Positions 9,606 to 18,088 of a DNA stretch of 64,000 nucleotides are shown here, piece after piece (position 1 is the stretch's first letter; every line of letters begins with the position of its first letter). The notes beneath the pieces are model-generated. The model saw only the letters and a list, made by a program, of their open reading frames with translations, searched no databases and was not told the DNA's origin. Source of the DNA: Flavobacteriales bacterium UBA952 (lineage in GTDB: Bacteria; Bacteroidota; Bacteroidia; Flavobacteriales_D; Crocinitomicaceae); NCBI GenBank assembly GCA_905182495.1, contig CAJJBU010000004.1, positions 101,536 to 165,535 of the forward strand, written 5' to 3'. Both the position numbers and the translations under genes were made by a program.

Positions 9606-10826
9606 TTAGAAGAATTTACAACTAAAGATTGCAGTGTCATCCACAAAATTCAAATCCCCTCTCCAATCATCTAATTTTGAGAAAATGATATTATTCATAT
9701 CTTCCATTTTTAAAGGGGAGTAAGATTGTGCGGCTTTAACTAGTTGGTTGACGCCAAATAGTTCTCCTTCGTTATTTTCTAGTTCGATGATCCCATCGGT
9801 GTAGAGAACAAAAGTTGAATTTGGACTTAATTCAATGGTGCCTACATTTATTTTTGGAATTTCGTCTAACATTCCGAGACCTATACACCCCTTGTCTAGC
9901 ATAAATATCTTTTTACCATGGAGGATGAAAGGATGGTTGTGTCCCGCATTAACATACTTCATTTGCCTTGTATGGGCGTTGTAATGGGCTATAAAAAAGG
10001 TGATAAATTTTTCGCCTTTGGCACTTCTCATTACCTTTTTATTGAGTTCTTCAATTAAAAAAGGCATTTCGAATCTTTGGTATTTAAATAGAGTGCGAAT
10101 AGTGGCTTGGAAATTGGCCATCAATAAGGCGGCACTAATCCCTTTTCCTGAGACATCAGCAATACAGATGATATACTCGTCATCCCCTAAAGGAATAAAG
10201 TCATAGTAATCTCCTCCGATTGCGTGCCTTGGAATGTATTTGGCGGATAGATCCATTTTACGATTGGAGGGTAGCTGAGAAGGGAATAGAAGTTTTTGCA
10301 TTTCAGAGGCCACCTCAAGGTCTTTGGAAATTCTTTCTTTGATGATGTTTTGTTCCCCAAGTCTTTTATTCTCAACGGCGACTGCAATAATATTAGTTAG
10401 CGTTTGGACAAAGGAAAAATAACTGGTTTCAGTGGTGCTATCTAGATTACTTGAAAGTAATAGAAAAGCGAGCGGTTTTTCCGAATGAAATACCGGTATG
10501 ATCACTTGAAATTGATGAAGTATTCTTGATTTTGAGGATTCTATAATGGTGATTTCTTTGAATCTGCTAAATTCTTCATCTATATCTCCTAGGTCAATTT
10601 TACCCTTAAAACCAATTTTAACAGGATTGCTCCATTTTTTTTGGTGCATCAGTAGCACGAATTTTGAAAATCCGAGTTGCTCTTGTAGAATAAAGGTAAA
10701 GATCTTCATCAGATGCTTTACAGGAGCATTTTCATTGATTGCATTCGTAATCTCTAACAAAGACATTAGCTTGATTTCCTTTACCTCGTTTTGGTATACT
10801 AAATCTTGCTCTCTTGTTGTATACAT
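9606..10826 (-). CDS. PP2C/SpoIIE-family protein phosphatase with N-terminal GAF-like sensor domain
   Basis: The C-terminal half has GGDYYDF...IADVSGKGISAALLMA...YTDGIIE...DDTAI, typical of RsbU/SpoIIE phosphatases. The N-terminal ~170 aa are GAF-like. Confidence 0.8.
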   Translation of the reverse strand: MYTTREQDLVYQNEVKEIKLMSLLEITNAINENAPVKHLMKIFTFILQEQLGFSKFVLLMHQKKWSNPVKIGFKGKIDLGDIDEEFSRFKEITIIESSKSRILHQFQVIIPVFHSEKPLAFLLLSSNLDSTTETSYFSFVQTLTNIIAVAVENKRLGEQNIIKERISKDLEVASEMQKLLFPSQLPSNRKMDLSAKYIPRHAIGGDYYDFIPLGDDEYIICIADVSGKGISAALLMANFQATIRTLFKYQRFEMPFLIEELNKKVMRSAKGEKFITFFIAHYNAHTRQMKYVNAGHNHPFILHGKKIFMLDKGCIGLGMLDEIPKINVGTIELSPNSTFVLYTDGIIELENNEGELFGVNQLVKAAQSYSPLKMEDMNNIIFSKLDDWRGDLNFVDDTAIFSCKFF

Positions 10827-10828
10827 CT

Positions 10829-11746
10829 TTATTTATTCAAAAATTTGGGCAAATTTCTTAAAGCTGCAAGCTCACGAAACTTTTTCGTTGCTTCAATACA
10901 CGGAGAGCCAAAATAGCTCTTTCCTGTTTCAAGGTCCTTAGAGATCCCCGATTGTGCAAAAACGACAACATTTTCACCGATAGTTACTTTACTGGCGCAT
11001 CCAACCTGCCCCCAGATGGTTACATGGTCTTTTATCGTTACACATCCCGCGATGCCCGCCCCGGATGCTATTAAACAATCTTTTCCAATAACTGTGTCAT
11101 GACCGATTTGTACCAAATTATCAATTTTAGTACCCTGCCCTATAGTTGTCATTGATGATACACCTCGATCAATGGTACAAGAAGCACCGATTTCAACATG
11201 ATCTTCGATCTTGACACCTCCAATACTATTCATTCTTGTATGTATTCGCTTCTTGGTATTGTAATAAAAAGCGTCATGTCCAATCACGGAATTTGGTCCA
11301 ATAATGACATGGTCTCCAATTTCTACATAGTCCATAATAACTGCCCCTGGAAGAATAACTACCCCCTTACCAATCTGAACGTGATTGCCAATTGTTGCGT
11401 TTTGAGCAATCGTTGCAGTATGGTTTATGGTTTGATTCATATTAGCGCCTAATGGACTTTTAGGAAAATAGAACTGAGTCAATTGATTGTAATCGTCAAA
11501 AGGGTGATCTGAAATTATGATAGCTTTTCCTTCAGGGGGATCTATTTTCTCATTTATTAAAATAGTATTTGCATTTGACAATAAAGCTTTTTGAAAATAT
11601 TTTGGATGGTCAACAAAAATTAAATCACCTTTTTCAACTTGATTAATTTCGCTAAGCCCTAGTACCTTATGTGCCTTAGGGCCAGCAAACTCCCTCTTGA
11701 GGTGCGCCGCAATATCTTCAATGTATTTTGGTGAGGAGAATCTCAT
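10829..11746 (-). CDS. lpxD: UDP-3-O-acylglucosamine N-acyltransferase
   Basis: It has an LpxD-like N-terminal domain, then a long run of hexapeptide repeats (IGNHVQIGKGVVILPGAVIMDYVEIGDHVIIG...) and a short C-terminal helix. Confidence 0.75.
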   Translation of the reverse strand: MRFSSPKYIEDIAAHLKREFAGPKAHKVLGLSEINQVEKGDLIFVDHPKYFQKALLSNANTILINEKIDPPEGKAIIISDHPFDDYNQLTQFYFPKSPLGANMNQTINHTATIAQNATIGNHVQIGKGVVILPGAVIMDYVEIGDHVIIGPNSVIGHDAFYYNTKKRIHTRMNSIGGVKIEDHVEIGASCTIDRGVSSMTTIGQGTKIDNLVQIGHDTVIGKDCLIASGAGIAGCVTIKDHVTIWGQVGCASKVTIGENVVVFAQSGISKDLETGKSYFGSPCIEATKKFRELAALRNLPKFLNK

Positions 11747-11882
11747 TCGTGTTCTTTTACCAAAAATAAGGATTGATTTGACCCTTTATTGGGATCTAGG
11801 CAAGACTTATCACCCTTTCGATGTTCAAAGCAATTCAATAATATTTCATTAAAAGTTTTGGTGTTATTTAAAAAGAAATCCT

Positions 11883-11890
11883 TATTTTTG
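11883..11890 (+). promoter_or_regulatory. candidate Bacteroidota -7 box (TATTTTTG) upstream of rpmE
   Basis: It matches TAnnTTTG and ends 25 nt before the ATG at 11915. A TTTG lies at 11857-11860, but the spacer is 22 nt, slightly long for a -33 element. Confidence 0.3.
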
Positions 11891-11914
11891 CAAACCATTT
11901 TTGAAAGAACTATT

Positions 11915-12169
11915 ATGAGAAAAGAGATACATCCAGACGATTATAGACTAGTAGTCTTTAAAGATATGTCAAACGACTACGCCTTTTTATGCCCTTCGTG
12001 CGCACCGACCAAAGAGTCTATAAAGTGGGAAGATGGCAACGATTATCCTTTAGTTAAATTGGATATCTCGCACAAATCTCATCCATTCTTTACGGGTGTT
12101 GCTCAGTTTGTTGATACTGCAGGTAGAATTGACAAATTTAAGAACCGTCATGGAAGACATATGAAATAA
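11915..12169 (+). CDS. rpmE: 50S ribosomal protein L31 (type B-like)
   Basis: MRKEIHPDDYRLVVFKDMSNDYAFL...HPFFTG...VDTAGRIDKFKNR is a classic L31 sequence. The track ORF start at 11789 is an unsupported upstream extension. Confidence 0.9.
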   Translation: MRKEIHPDDYRLVVFKDMSNDYAFLCPSCAPTKESIKWEDGNDYPLVKLDISHKSHPFFTGVAQFVDTAGRIDKFKNRHGRHMK

Positions 12170-12190
12170 TTTATTTCTAATAAATATTTT

Positions 12191-12217
12191 AAAGCCCTTT
12201 TTTAAGGGCTTTTTTTA
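12191..12217 (+). terminator. rho-independent terminator after rpmE
   Basis: AAAGCCCTT-TTTT-AAGGGCTTT hairpin followed by a T-run. It overlaps the 3' end of the convergent tsaC gene. Confidence 0.7.
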
Positions 12218-13188
12218 TGCTTTGTTTTTTGAAGGGCTCTTCGTATACGGTCATTGATAGACCGGCCCAACTCTAGTTCCGGAACTAATTCTACAAATAT
12301 AGCCTCGTAATTTTTGGCATCCATAACATGAAATGAGGCATACAATTGTTGAGCGGCTTCTTTAAGATCTCCGTTTGAGCTAAGTAGATACTGATTTTCA
12401 GTCGGTATATCCTTGTCTAGATTTTTTAAGCCGATGAAACCATAATTTTTCAGATTTATTTTATTGTCTTTTTCAAGAATACTATATAATGGGGTTGTCG
12501 GCGCATAATGATGTTTTACCATCCCACTGGCAAGTGGTTCATTATCGTCGTTATTTTTATTAGTGACTAATATTTTTTTATTTATGCAATTTTCTAATGC
12601 TTCAATATCGATTCCTCCAAGTCTATATACTACCACCTCACCATCATCAAATCCGACAATAGTTGACTCTATCCCTTTATTACATTTACCTCCATCTAGA
12701 ATGTAGGGGATTCTGTTATTGAGTTGGTCGAGTACATGATTTGCAGTTGTAGGGCTAATGCAACCATACAAATTAGCGCTTGGAGCAGCCAAAGGGAAAT
12801 CTAAGCTTTCTAGCAGGGCTCTGGTTACAGGGTGATTTGGTACCCTAATTGCCACTCGATGCTTTCCGGCCGTTACAGAATCAGGAATATGACTTTTTTT
12901 TGGAAGAAGCATGGTTAGAGGGCCAGGCCAAAATTCTTGAGCAAGTAACCTTGCTGCGTCAGGTATTTTAATAACATCATTAAATGCTGATGGAGTATCC
13001 TTATAATGAAGTATGAGTGGATTTGAGAGCGGTCTTTTTTTTGCCGTAAAAATTTTAGCGATGGCAACTGAATTTAGACCATTGGCAGCCAAACCATATA
13101 CAGTTTCTGTTGGGATTGCTACGACTTCCGAATCAGCGAGATGCAATTTTGCTTTAAGAATATCCTTTCCGACTTCGGTTTGAATCAT
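12202..13188 (-). CDS. tsaC: L-threonylcarbamoyladenylate synthase (Sua5/YwlC/TsaC family with Sua5 C-terminal domain)
   Basis: Motifs are PTETVYGLAANGLN, KKRPLSNPLILH and SANLYG. The track start at 13224 is a GTG, so I prefer the ATG at 13188 (MIQTEVGKDIL...). Confidence 0.85.
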   Translation of the reverse strand: MIQTEVGKDILKAKLHLADSEVVAIPTETVYGLAANGLNSVAIAKIFTAKKRPLSNPLILHYKDTPSAFNDVIKIPDAARLLAQEFWPGPLTMLLPKKSHIPDSVTAGKHRVAIRVPNHPVTRALLESLDFPLAAPSANLYGCISPTTANHVLDQLNNRIPYILDGGKCNKGIESTIVGFDDGEVVVYRLGGIDIEALENCINKKILVTNKNNDDNEPLASGMVKHHYAPTTPLYSILEKDNKINLKNYGFIGLKNLDKDIPTENQYLLSSNGDLKEAAQQLYASFHVMDAKNYEAIFVELVPELELGRSINDRIRRALQKTKHKKSP

Positions 13189-13283
13189 GGTCAAAAATAA
13201 GGATATATTGGATTTATACCCCACTCATCTAATTTTAGATATATAAAAGCCCCAAATTAATTCTTCAATTTAAAGTAGTTGTG

Positions 13284-13291
13284 TATTTTTG
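13284..13291 (+). promoter_or_regulatory. candidate -7 box (TATTTTTG) upstream of the response-regulator pseudogene
   Basis: It matches TAnnTTTG, 22 nt upstream of the ATG at 13313. No clean -33 TTTG was found. Confidence 0.3.
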
Positions 13292-13312
13292 TTTAGAATA
13301 AATCTAAATAAG

Positions 13313-14011
13313 ATGTCGATTGTTCTTGCGGATAGTAATGATTTGGTTAGAGCAGGATTGCGCTCAATTATTGCCACACAGACAGGTCTTGTCGATAGTA
13401 GGGGAGGCAACAAGCAATGAGGAGCTTCTCGAGCAATTGAAGTCCTTTGAAACTAAAATCATTTTAATAGATTTTACCTCTCATCGGTTTTGATATCGAT
13501 ATCATACCCAAAATTCAAAGCCTAAATAAATCAATTAAATTCATTGCGATTACCCCAGAGCAAAACGCGCAGACCTTGGTGGATGCCCTGAGGCTAGGCG
13601 TAATGAGCTATGTAAAGAAGGATTGTGAGTTATCTGAAATTGTGAATGCTGTTAACTGAAACAAGTCGCGGAAACAAATTCTTTTGCGGCCAAATTTTAG
13701 AGACCATTCAAAAAGCGGAGATAGATGTAAATGATCTTGATTTTGATTCTTTTTCTTGTGAAGCCGTTGTCTTAAGTCAGCGGGAGAATGAAATCATCAA
13801 ACTTGTCGCAGAAGGAAATACGAATGGAAAAATTGCCGAGCTATTGTTTTTAAGTAACCATACGATAAATACACATCGCAAGAATATTATGGCTAAGCTA
13901 GGTGTTAAAAATACGGCCGGAATAGTTATGTATGCTGTGAAGATGAATATAGTATCTCCAAATAAATTCTTGTTTCGCACCGAGCAATTAAAATCTAACG
14001 ATCATCTTTAG
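13313..14011 (+). pseudogene. NarL/FixJ (LuxR-type HTH) response regulator, disrupted by three +1 frameshifts
   Basis: My translation gives four pieces. Frame 1: MSIVLADSNDLVRAGLRSIIATQTGL, ending at the stop at 13418-13420. Next frame: SIVGEATSNEELLEQLKSFETKIILIDFTS, stop at 13491-13493. Next frame: IGFDIDIIPKIQSLNKSIKFIAITPEQNAQTLVDALRLGVMSYVKKDCELSEIVNAVN, stop at 13657-13659. Then the track ORF 13646..14011 carries the LuxR HTH (LSQRENEIIKLVAEGNTNGKIAELLFLSNHTINTHRKNIMAKLGV). Joined together they make a canonical receiver plus HTH protein. Confidence 0.85.
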
Positions 14012-16612
14012 GTTAAACCTTCTTTGGGTTAAATAATTGGGGATTGAATAATACTTTCCGCTAACATCTTGAATCCATTGTTTCGAAAGAACGTTATTAA
14101 TACCTAGAAGGTTAAATATTTCAAGGGATAAAAGGGCTTCTGTAAAGTTTTTCTTCCAAAAAGAAGTCTGCGATGCTTTTCTTATAAAATCATAAGACAT
14201 ACCAAGATCGACTCTAAAATAGGACTTCATTCTTAAGGTGTCTTTGTATCGTGTTGGGTCAGGAGGGCCGTATGGTAAACGGGTCCCGAATTGCATTCCC
14301 ATTTGAACGGTAAAACTTTCTAATCCGGGCATCTGGTCTTGGACAAGAGCTCCGAAATTAAATAACTGGTCGGTTGGTCTAGGGATGTACCCAGGATAAA
14401 TAACTGCACTATCAACGACAACTTGATCCTCACTAAAGCCAAAAATAATTCTATCTCCAGTTGCGTTATAGTATTCAGTATACTGGTCATCGAGAATATC
14501 TTCTTTTGTTGAAAGTAAACCAAATTTAAAAAAGGATTCTATTCCCTCGACAAATTCCCCATGTATATTCACATCGAGGCCATAGGCATAGGCTACTGCA
14601 TTATTATCGGCGTAGTAACGTGTTCTTACATTCTCAATTTGATAAGGGTTTACGTCCCATAAATATTTATAATACACCTCCCCTGAAAATTTAAAGGGTG
14701 ATTCTCTTTTCCACATGTTAAAGTAAAAATCGGTGCCAGCGACGACATGAACTGATTTTTGAGATTTCACATTTGTACGGAGTGTGCCGTCGAAATATCT
14801 AAATTCTCTATAAAAAGGTGGCTGATAGTACATTCCTGAGGATAATCTGTAGGAGATGTTTCGCTTTTTAAGGGTTTGATTTTGGACAACAAAGGCACTA
14901 GGGTAATATACTAATGCAACACGTGGAGTAAGATAACGCTCATTATTTATCGTTGTATAGCCTCCTCTTGTCCCTATGCGTAATGCCAATTTCGAGCGAG
15001 CTTCCTTCACGGTGTCTTTGAGCCATATTTTCTCTTTTTCTCCATGTTCACCTATTTTATAGCTACGCTCTATGACTACGTTCTTTTTTGATTTTGCCCA
15101 AATCGAATTGAATTGAAAAAAACCAGTATAACGCTGATTACTCAAAGAAAGATCTCCTTTAATTGTTTCAAAAAGTTCAATTTCATTCGAATTGTTTTGT
15201 GGCACGCTATAACCTGCTGAGTCTATCATCCTCCATTCACTTAAGACATCTTGAAATTCATCTGCTTGAAACGAGATTCCCCAAATGAGACTGCGCTTTC
15301 TGTATTTTACGCGCTCATCATCTATAAAACCATTGTACAATACCTGCTCACCGTTATGATAAATATTTATGATCGTTGCATCTAGTCGATTACGTGCGTG
15401 GTTCAGAAATGTACCTATTCCCAATACGGCTATTGAATCTCCGTATTCTTCTTTTGAAGGATCGGTTTCTAATTCATTAATGTAATACTGTCCTTGAATA
15501 TCAAAATATTCCCTTTCTGTTGTTTTAAAAGCGGTGGCATAAAGATCTAGTTTCGTTTTATCACCTGGTTTCCAATTTAGTGATAGCCCGCCCATCATTG
15601 TTTGAAACTTTGTCTGCTCCTGTCCGTCAAAGTAAATCCTAAAAGAATAAGCTTCATTGGCGGTTCCAAAATCCGTTTCTGATGTTTGCGGGCTAAAACG
15701 ATAATTGTTGGAAGAGTAATGAATTAGTGTTTTCAGACTTAATGTTTTTGAGATTTTAGTCTCTGTGGCAATTTGTCCATCCATAAAGACGGGGTTATAT
15801 GCTCCTTTTGTAGGCAATGAATTTAAAAAATAGCCATTGGATCTATATCTTGCACCTGCTATATAGCTGAATTTATCGTTTACTTTTTGTTCGGCGTGTG
15901 CTTCAGCACCCAATAGAGAAAGCATTAAGGAAGACTTGAAGGATCCAGGTTCTTTATATGATATATCAAGTACAGAGCTTAATTTGTCTCCATATCGGGC
16001 ATCAAAGCCCCCTGCGGAAAATCGGACGGATTGAACAAGAGCTGAATGAATAAAACTCATTCCTTCTTGCTGTCCACTTCTTGTTAAAAAAGGACGATAA
16101 ACCAAAAAACCATTTACATAAACAAGATTTTCATCATAATTTCCGCCTCTAACATTATAATTTGAAGTGAGTTCGTTATTGGAGGTAGCTGCAGTTGTAA
16201 GTACCAATCCTTTTTCAACACTCCCCGTTATCTTTTGAGCATCGATTACTGTTAAGGACTCTAACTCAAACGGTGTTTCACGATTTTGAATAACATCGAC
16301 ACCTTGCTGTTGCTGAATTGGAAAGCGGACATCTGGAAATCGCTTCATTCCTTGAGTTACAACAAGCCTCTCTTTTTTAATCAGTTCATTTGCTTTATAA
16401 ACTAATTGAACCGAATCGCCGACATTTAAAGAAAAGGTATACATTCCTTTGGCATTACTGTATGCTTTTTGAACTGGATTTGTATTTATTTTAATGAATA
16501 CATTTTCAAGGGCATTTCCTTTCTCGTCGAAACAGAAACCCTTGAGTTTATTGGCCTGGCTGTAATGGTGGAAAGCCAACAAAATGAATAAAATACTACT
16601 AATTATTTTCAC
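13988..16612 (-). CDS. TonB-dependent receptor-like outer-membrane protein with N-terminal carboxypeptidase-regulatory-like domain
   Basis: 874 aa with a signal peptide, a CarboxypepD_reg-like N-terminus (GFCFDEKGNALENVFIKI), a plug-like region, long beta-barrel-like sequence and a C-terminal aromatic residue (...MIVRF). Confidence 0.75.
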   Translation of the reverse strand: MKIISSILFILLAFHHYSQANKLKGFCFDEKGNALENVFIKINTNPVQKAYSNAKGMYTFSLNVGDSVQLVYKANELIKKERLVVTQGMKRFPDVRFPIQQQQGVDVIQNRETPFELESLTVIDAQKITGSVEKGLVLTTAATSNNELTSNYNVRGGNYDENLVYVNGFLVYRPFLTRSGQQEGMSFIHSALVQSVRFSAGGFDARYGDKLSSVLDISYKEPGSFKSSLMLSLLGAEAHAEQKVNDKFSYIAGARYRSNGYFLNSLPTKGAYNPVFMDGQIATETKISKTLSLKTLIHYSSNNYRFSPQTSETDFGTANEAYSFRIYFDGQEQTKFQTMMGGLSLNWKPGDKTKLDLYATAFKTTEREYFDIQGQYYINELETDPSKEEYGDSIAVLGIGTFLNHARNRLDATIINIYHNGEQVLYNGFIDDERVKYRKRSLIWGISFQADEFQDVLSEWRMIDSAGYSVPQNNSNEIELFETIKGDLSLSNQRYTGFFQFNSIWAKSKKNVVIERSYKIGEHGEKEKIWLKDTVKEARSKLALRIGTRGGYTTINNERYLTPRVALVYYPSAFVVQNQTLKKRNISYRLSSGMYYQPPFYREFRYFDGTLRTNVKSQKSVHVVAGTDFYFNMWKRESPFKFSGEVYYKYLWDVNPYQIENVRTRYYADNNAVAYAYGLDVNIHGEFVEGIESFFKFGLLSTKEDILDDQYTEYYNATGDRIIFGFSEDQVVVDSAVIYPGYIPRPTDQLFNFGALVQDQMPGLESFTVQMGMQFGTRLPYGPPDPTRYKDTLRMKSYFRVDLGMSYDFIRKASQTSFWKKNFTEALLSLEIFNLLGINNVLSKQWIQDVSGKYYSIPNYLTQRRFNLKMIVRF

Positions 16613-16682
16613 GACGTAAAGTTAAGAGCATAACGATTTACAAACGTATTTATTTTGTTTAATTTTTATGATAAGAATTTAT

Positions 16683-16690
16683 TATATTTG
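16683..16690 (+). promoter_or_regulatory. candidate -7 box (TATATTTG) for tRNA-His
   Basis: It matches TAnnTTTG and ends 12 nt upstream of the tRNA 5' end. Confidence 0.4.
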
Positions 16691-16702
16691 TCGCCACGAA
16701 AT

Positions 16703-16778
16703 GGTGGTTGTAGCTCAGCTGGTTAGAGCATCGGTTTGTGGTACCGAGGGTCGTGGGTTCGAGCCCCATCTTCCACCC
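16703..16778 (+). tRNA. tRNA-His (anticodon GTG) with encoded G-1
   Basis: Hand-folded cloverleaf. G-1 plus acceptor GTGGTTG, D stem GCTC/GAGC, anticodon stem TCGGT/ACCGA with loop TTGTGGT (GTG), T stem GTGGG/CCCAT with loop TTCGAGC, 3' acceptor CTTCCAC and discriminator C. Positions 5:68 and 6:67 are U-U mismatches. Confidence 0.85.
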
Positions 16779-16783
16779 AAAAA

Positions 16784-16808
16784 AGTCTGAGAAATCAGAC
16801 TTTTTTTT
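16784..16808 (+). terminator. rho-independent terminator after tRNA-His (could act on both strands)
   Basis: AGTCTGA-GAAA-TCAGACT hairpin flanked by an A-run upstream and a T-run downstream. It abuts the stop of the convergent hydrolase gene at 16807. Confidence 0.75.
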
Positions 16809-17628
16809 ATGTCTTTATTTCTGAAATAAATTGGTGCGTATAAAAGCACAATTCCTCAAGAGAATCAGGCATTTTCGACTCTAACCATGGATGACGGCTT
16901 CCGAACACATGATTTGTCTCTTTCATCATATTCAGGTTGCCTTTGCTCCAAGACGCAAGTTGAACAGCGTTTTCAGGAAGAACAGATGTGTCTTCCAATC
17001 CGTGGAAATGTGAAATCGGTTTTAGATATTACCAAAGGCTTTCAAGGTTATACTTTGATTTATTTTTCTCGAAATCTTCGTATAGATTAAAATACTGAGG
17101 TAATTCTTGCTTCGTACGTCCATTTTTCACGAAACGCACCCCTTTATTTTTCCATTCCATCAATAATTTATCTTTTGGAAAGCGATTTTCAATTGATGCG
17201 ATTGATGCCCATGTACTAATTGATTTTATTTTTTCAAATTGATTTCCTGCAATCATAGCAATTGCACCACCTTTTGAATGACCAATGAGATGCCCATTCC
17301 AATTTGCCTTCTTTGAATCAATATATTTGATTACTGATTGAATGTCCTCTATCTCTTTACTGTAGGTGTTTCTTCCAAATGCTTCAAGATCGTCAAAGTC
17401 AATTGCTTGTTCAACGGTTCCTCCGTTGTGACTGGTGTTAAATTTACAAAACCCAAATCCTTTATTCACGAAATATGCTTGGACAAGGTGCCATGCCCCC
17501 CAATCTTTGAACCCCATAAATCCATGTATGAAAATGATGATTTCTTTATTGAAGTTTTCAGGAATTTCTAAATCGATTAAACTATATCGAGTATCGGCGC
17601 CTAGGTAAGAATCATTAATAATTTTCAT
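16807..17628 (-). pseudogene. alpha/beta hydrolase interrupted by a single in-frame TAA
   Basis: Track ORFs 17029..17628 and 16807..16998 are in the same frame and are separated only by the TAA at 17031-17029. The upstream part carries the nucleophile elbow GHSKGG. The downstream part carries HGLEDTSV (Asp) and ETNHVFG (His). Read through: ...KYNLESLW*YLKPISHFHGLEDTSVLPEN... Confidence 0.8.
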
Positions 17629-17637
17629 GAAGAATAT

Positions 17638-18009
17638 TTAGGATACATATTCTTGCTTATGAACAAGAAGGTACTCTTTGTTTTCTATTTCTCTATACCC
17701 CATGTCGTAGCAAAATATATACTGAAGACCTTTTTTTGTCGTGTATATATTGGTGAAATAATGAAAATTGAAGCCAAGTTCTGCCAATTGGATAAGGTGA
17801 ATCTTGTTTTTACCATTTGGATTTAGATTGGCTAAGATCCTACGGTTTTTTCTTAAAATTCGATTTATATTACGAACGGCTTTATTGGAATCTTCATTGA
17901 GTTTGTTGTTGAAGGAATTACGGCAATAGTCACAACAGAACTTTTGATCTTTTCGACCAACTAGTTTCTCATTGCATTCCAGGCAATTACGTTCGTTATT
18001 CTTCTTCAT
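17638..18009 (-). CDS. hypothetical zinc-ribbon protein
   Basis: The N-terminus has C-x2-C ... CC-x-YC (NCLECNEKLVGRKDQKFCCDYCRNSF), followed by a basic region. No family name recalled. Confidence 0.6.
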   Translation of the reverse strand: MKKNNERNCLECNEKLVGRKDQKFCCDYCRNSFNNKLNEDSNKAVRNINRILRKNRRILANLNPNGKNKIHLIQLAELGFNFHYFTNIYTTKKGLQYIFCYDMGYREIENKEYLLVHKQEYVS

Positions 18010-18088
18010 CTATACAAGATTAACAAGAATTAACATGAAATACAATTCATAAAATTCAATGTTTCGGATTTTTGTATGAATTAAAATA

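Noticed and set aside
11789-11914. Upstream extensions of rpmE (11789), pdxH (32581), rpmB (40990), tsaC (13224), the SSS transporter (59666) and the two T9SS cargo genes (50639, 62787).
   Set aside because: The extensions start at GTG/TTG or at spurious codons, add non-homologous residues ahead of canonical N-termini or signal peptides, and in several cases overlap the neighbouring gene.
16703-16808. tRNA-His as an integration hot spot or genomic island border.
   Set aside because: There is no integrase nearby. I noticed no duplicated copy of the tRNA 3' end downstream. The neighbouring genes are an ordinary hydrolase and the Bat operon.
17029-17031. The in-frame TAA in the hydrolase as evidence of stop-codon reassignment or programmed readthrough.
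   Set aside because: TAA terminates many well-defined genes in this window at the expected protein ends, e.g. purS and rpmE. No recoding signal is evident. A nonsense mutation or a base-call error is the simpler explanation.
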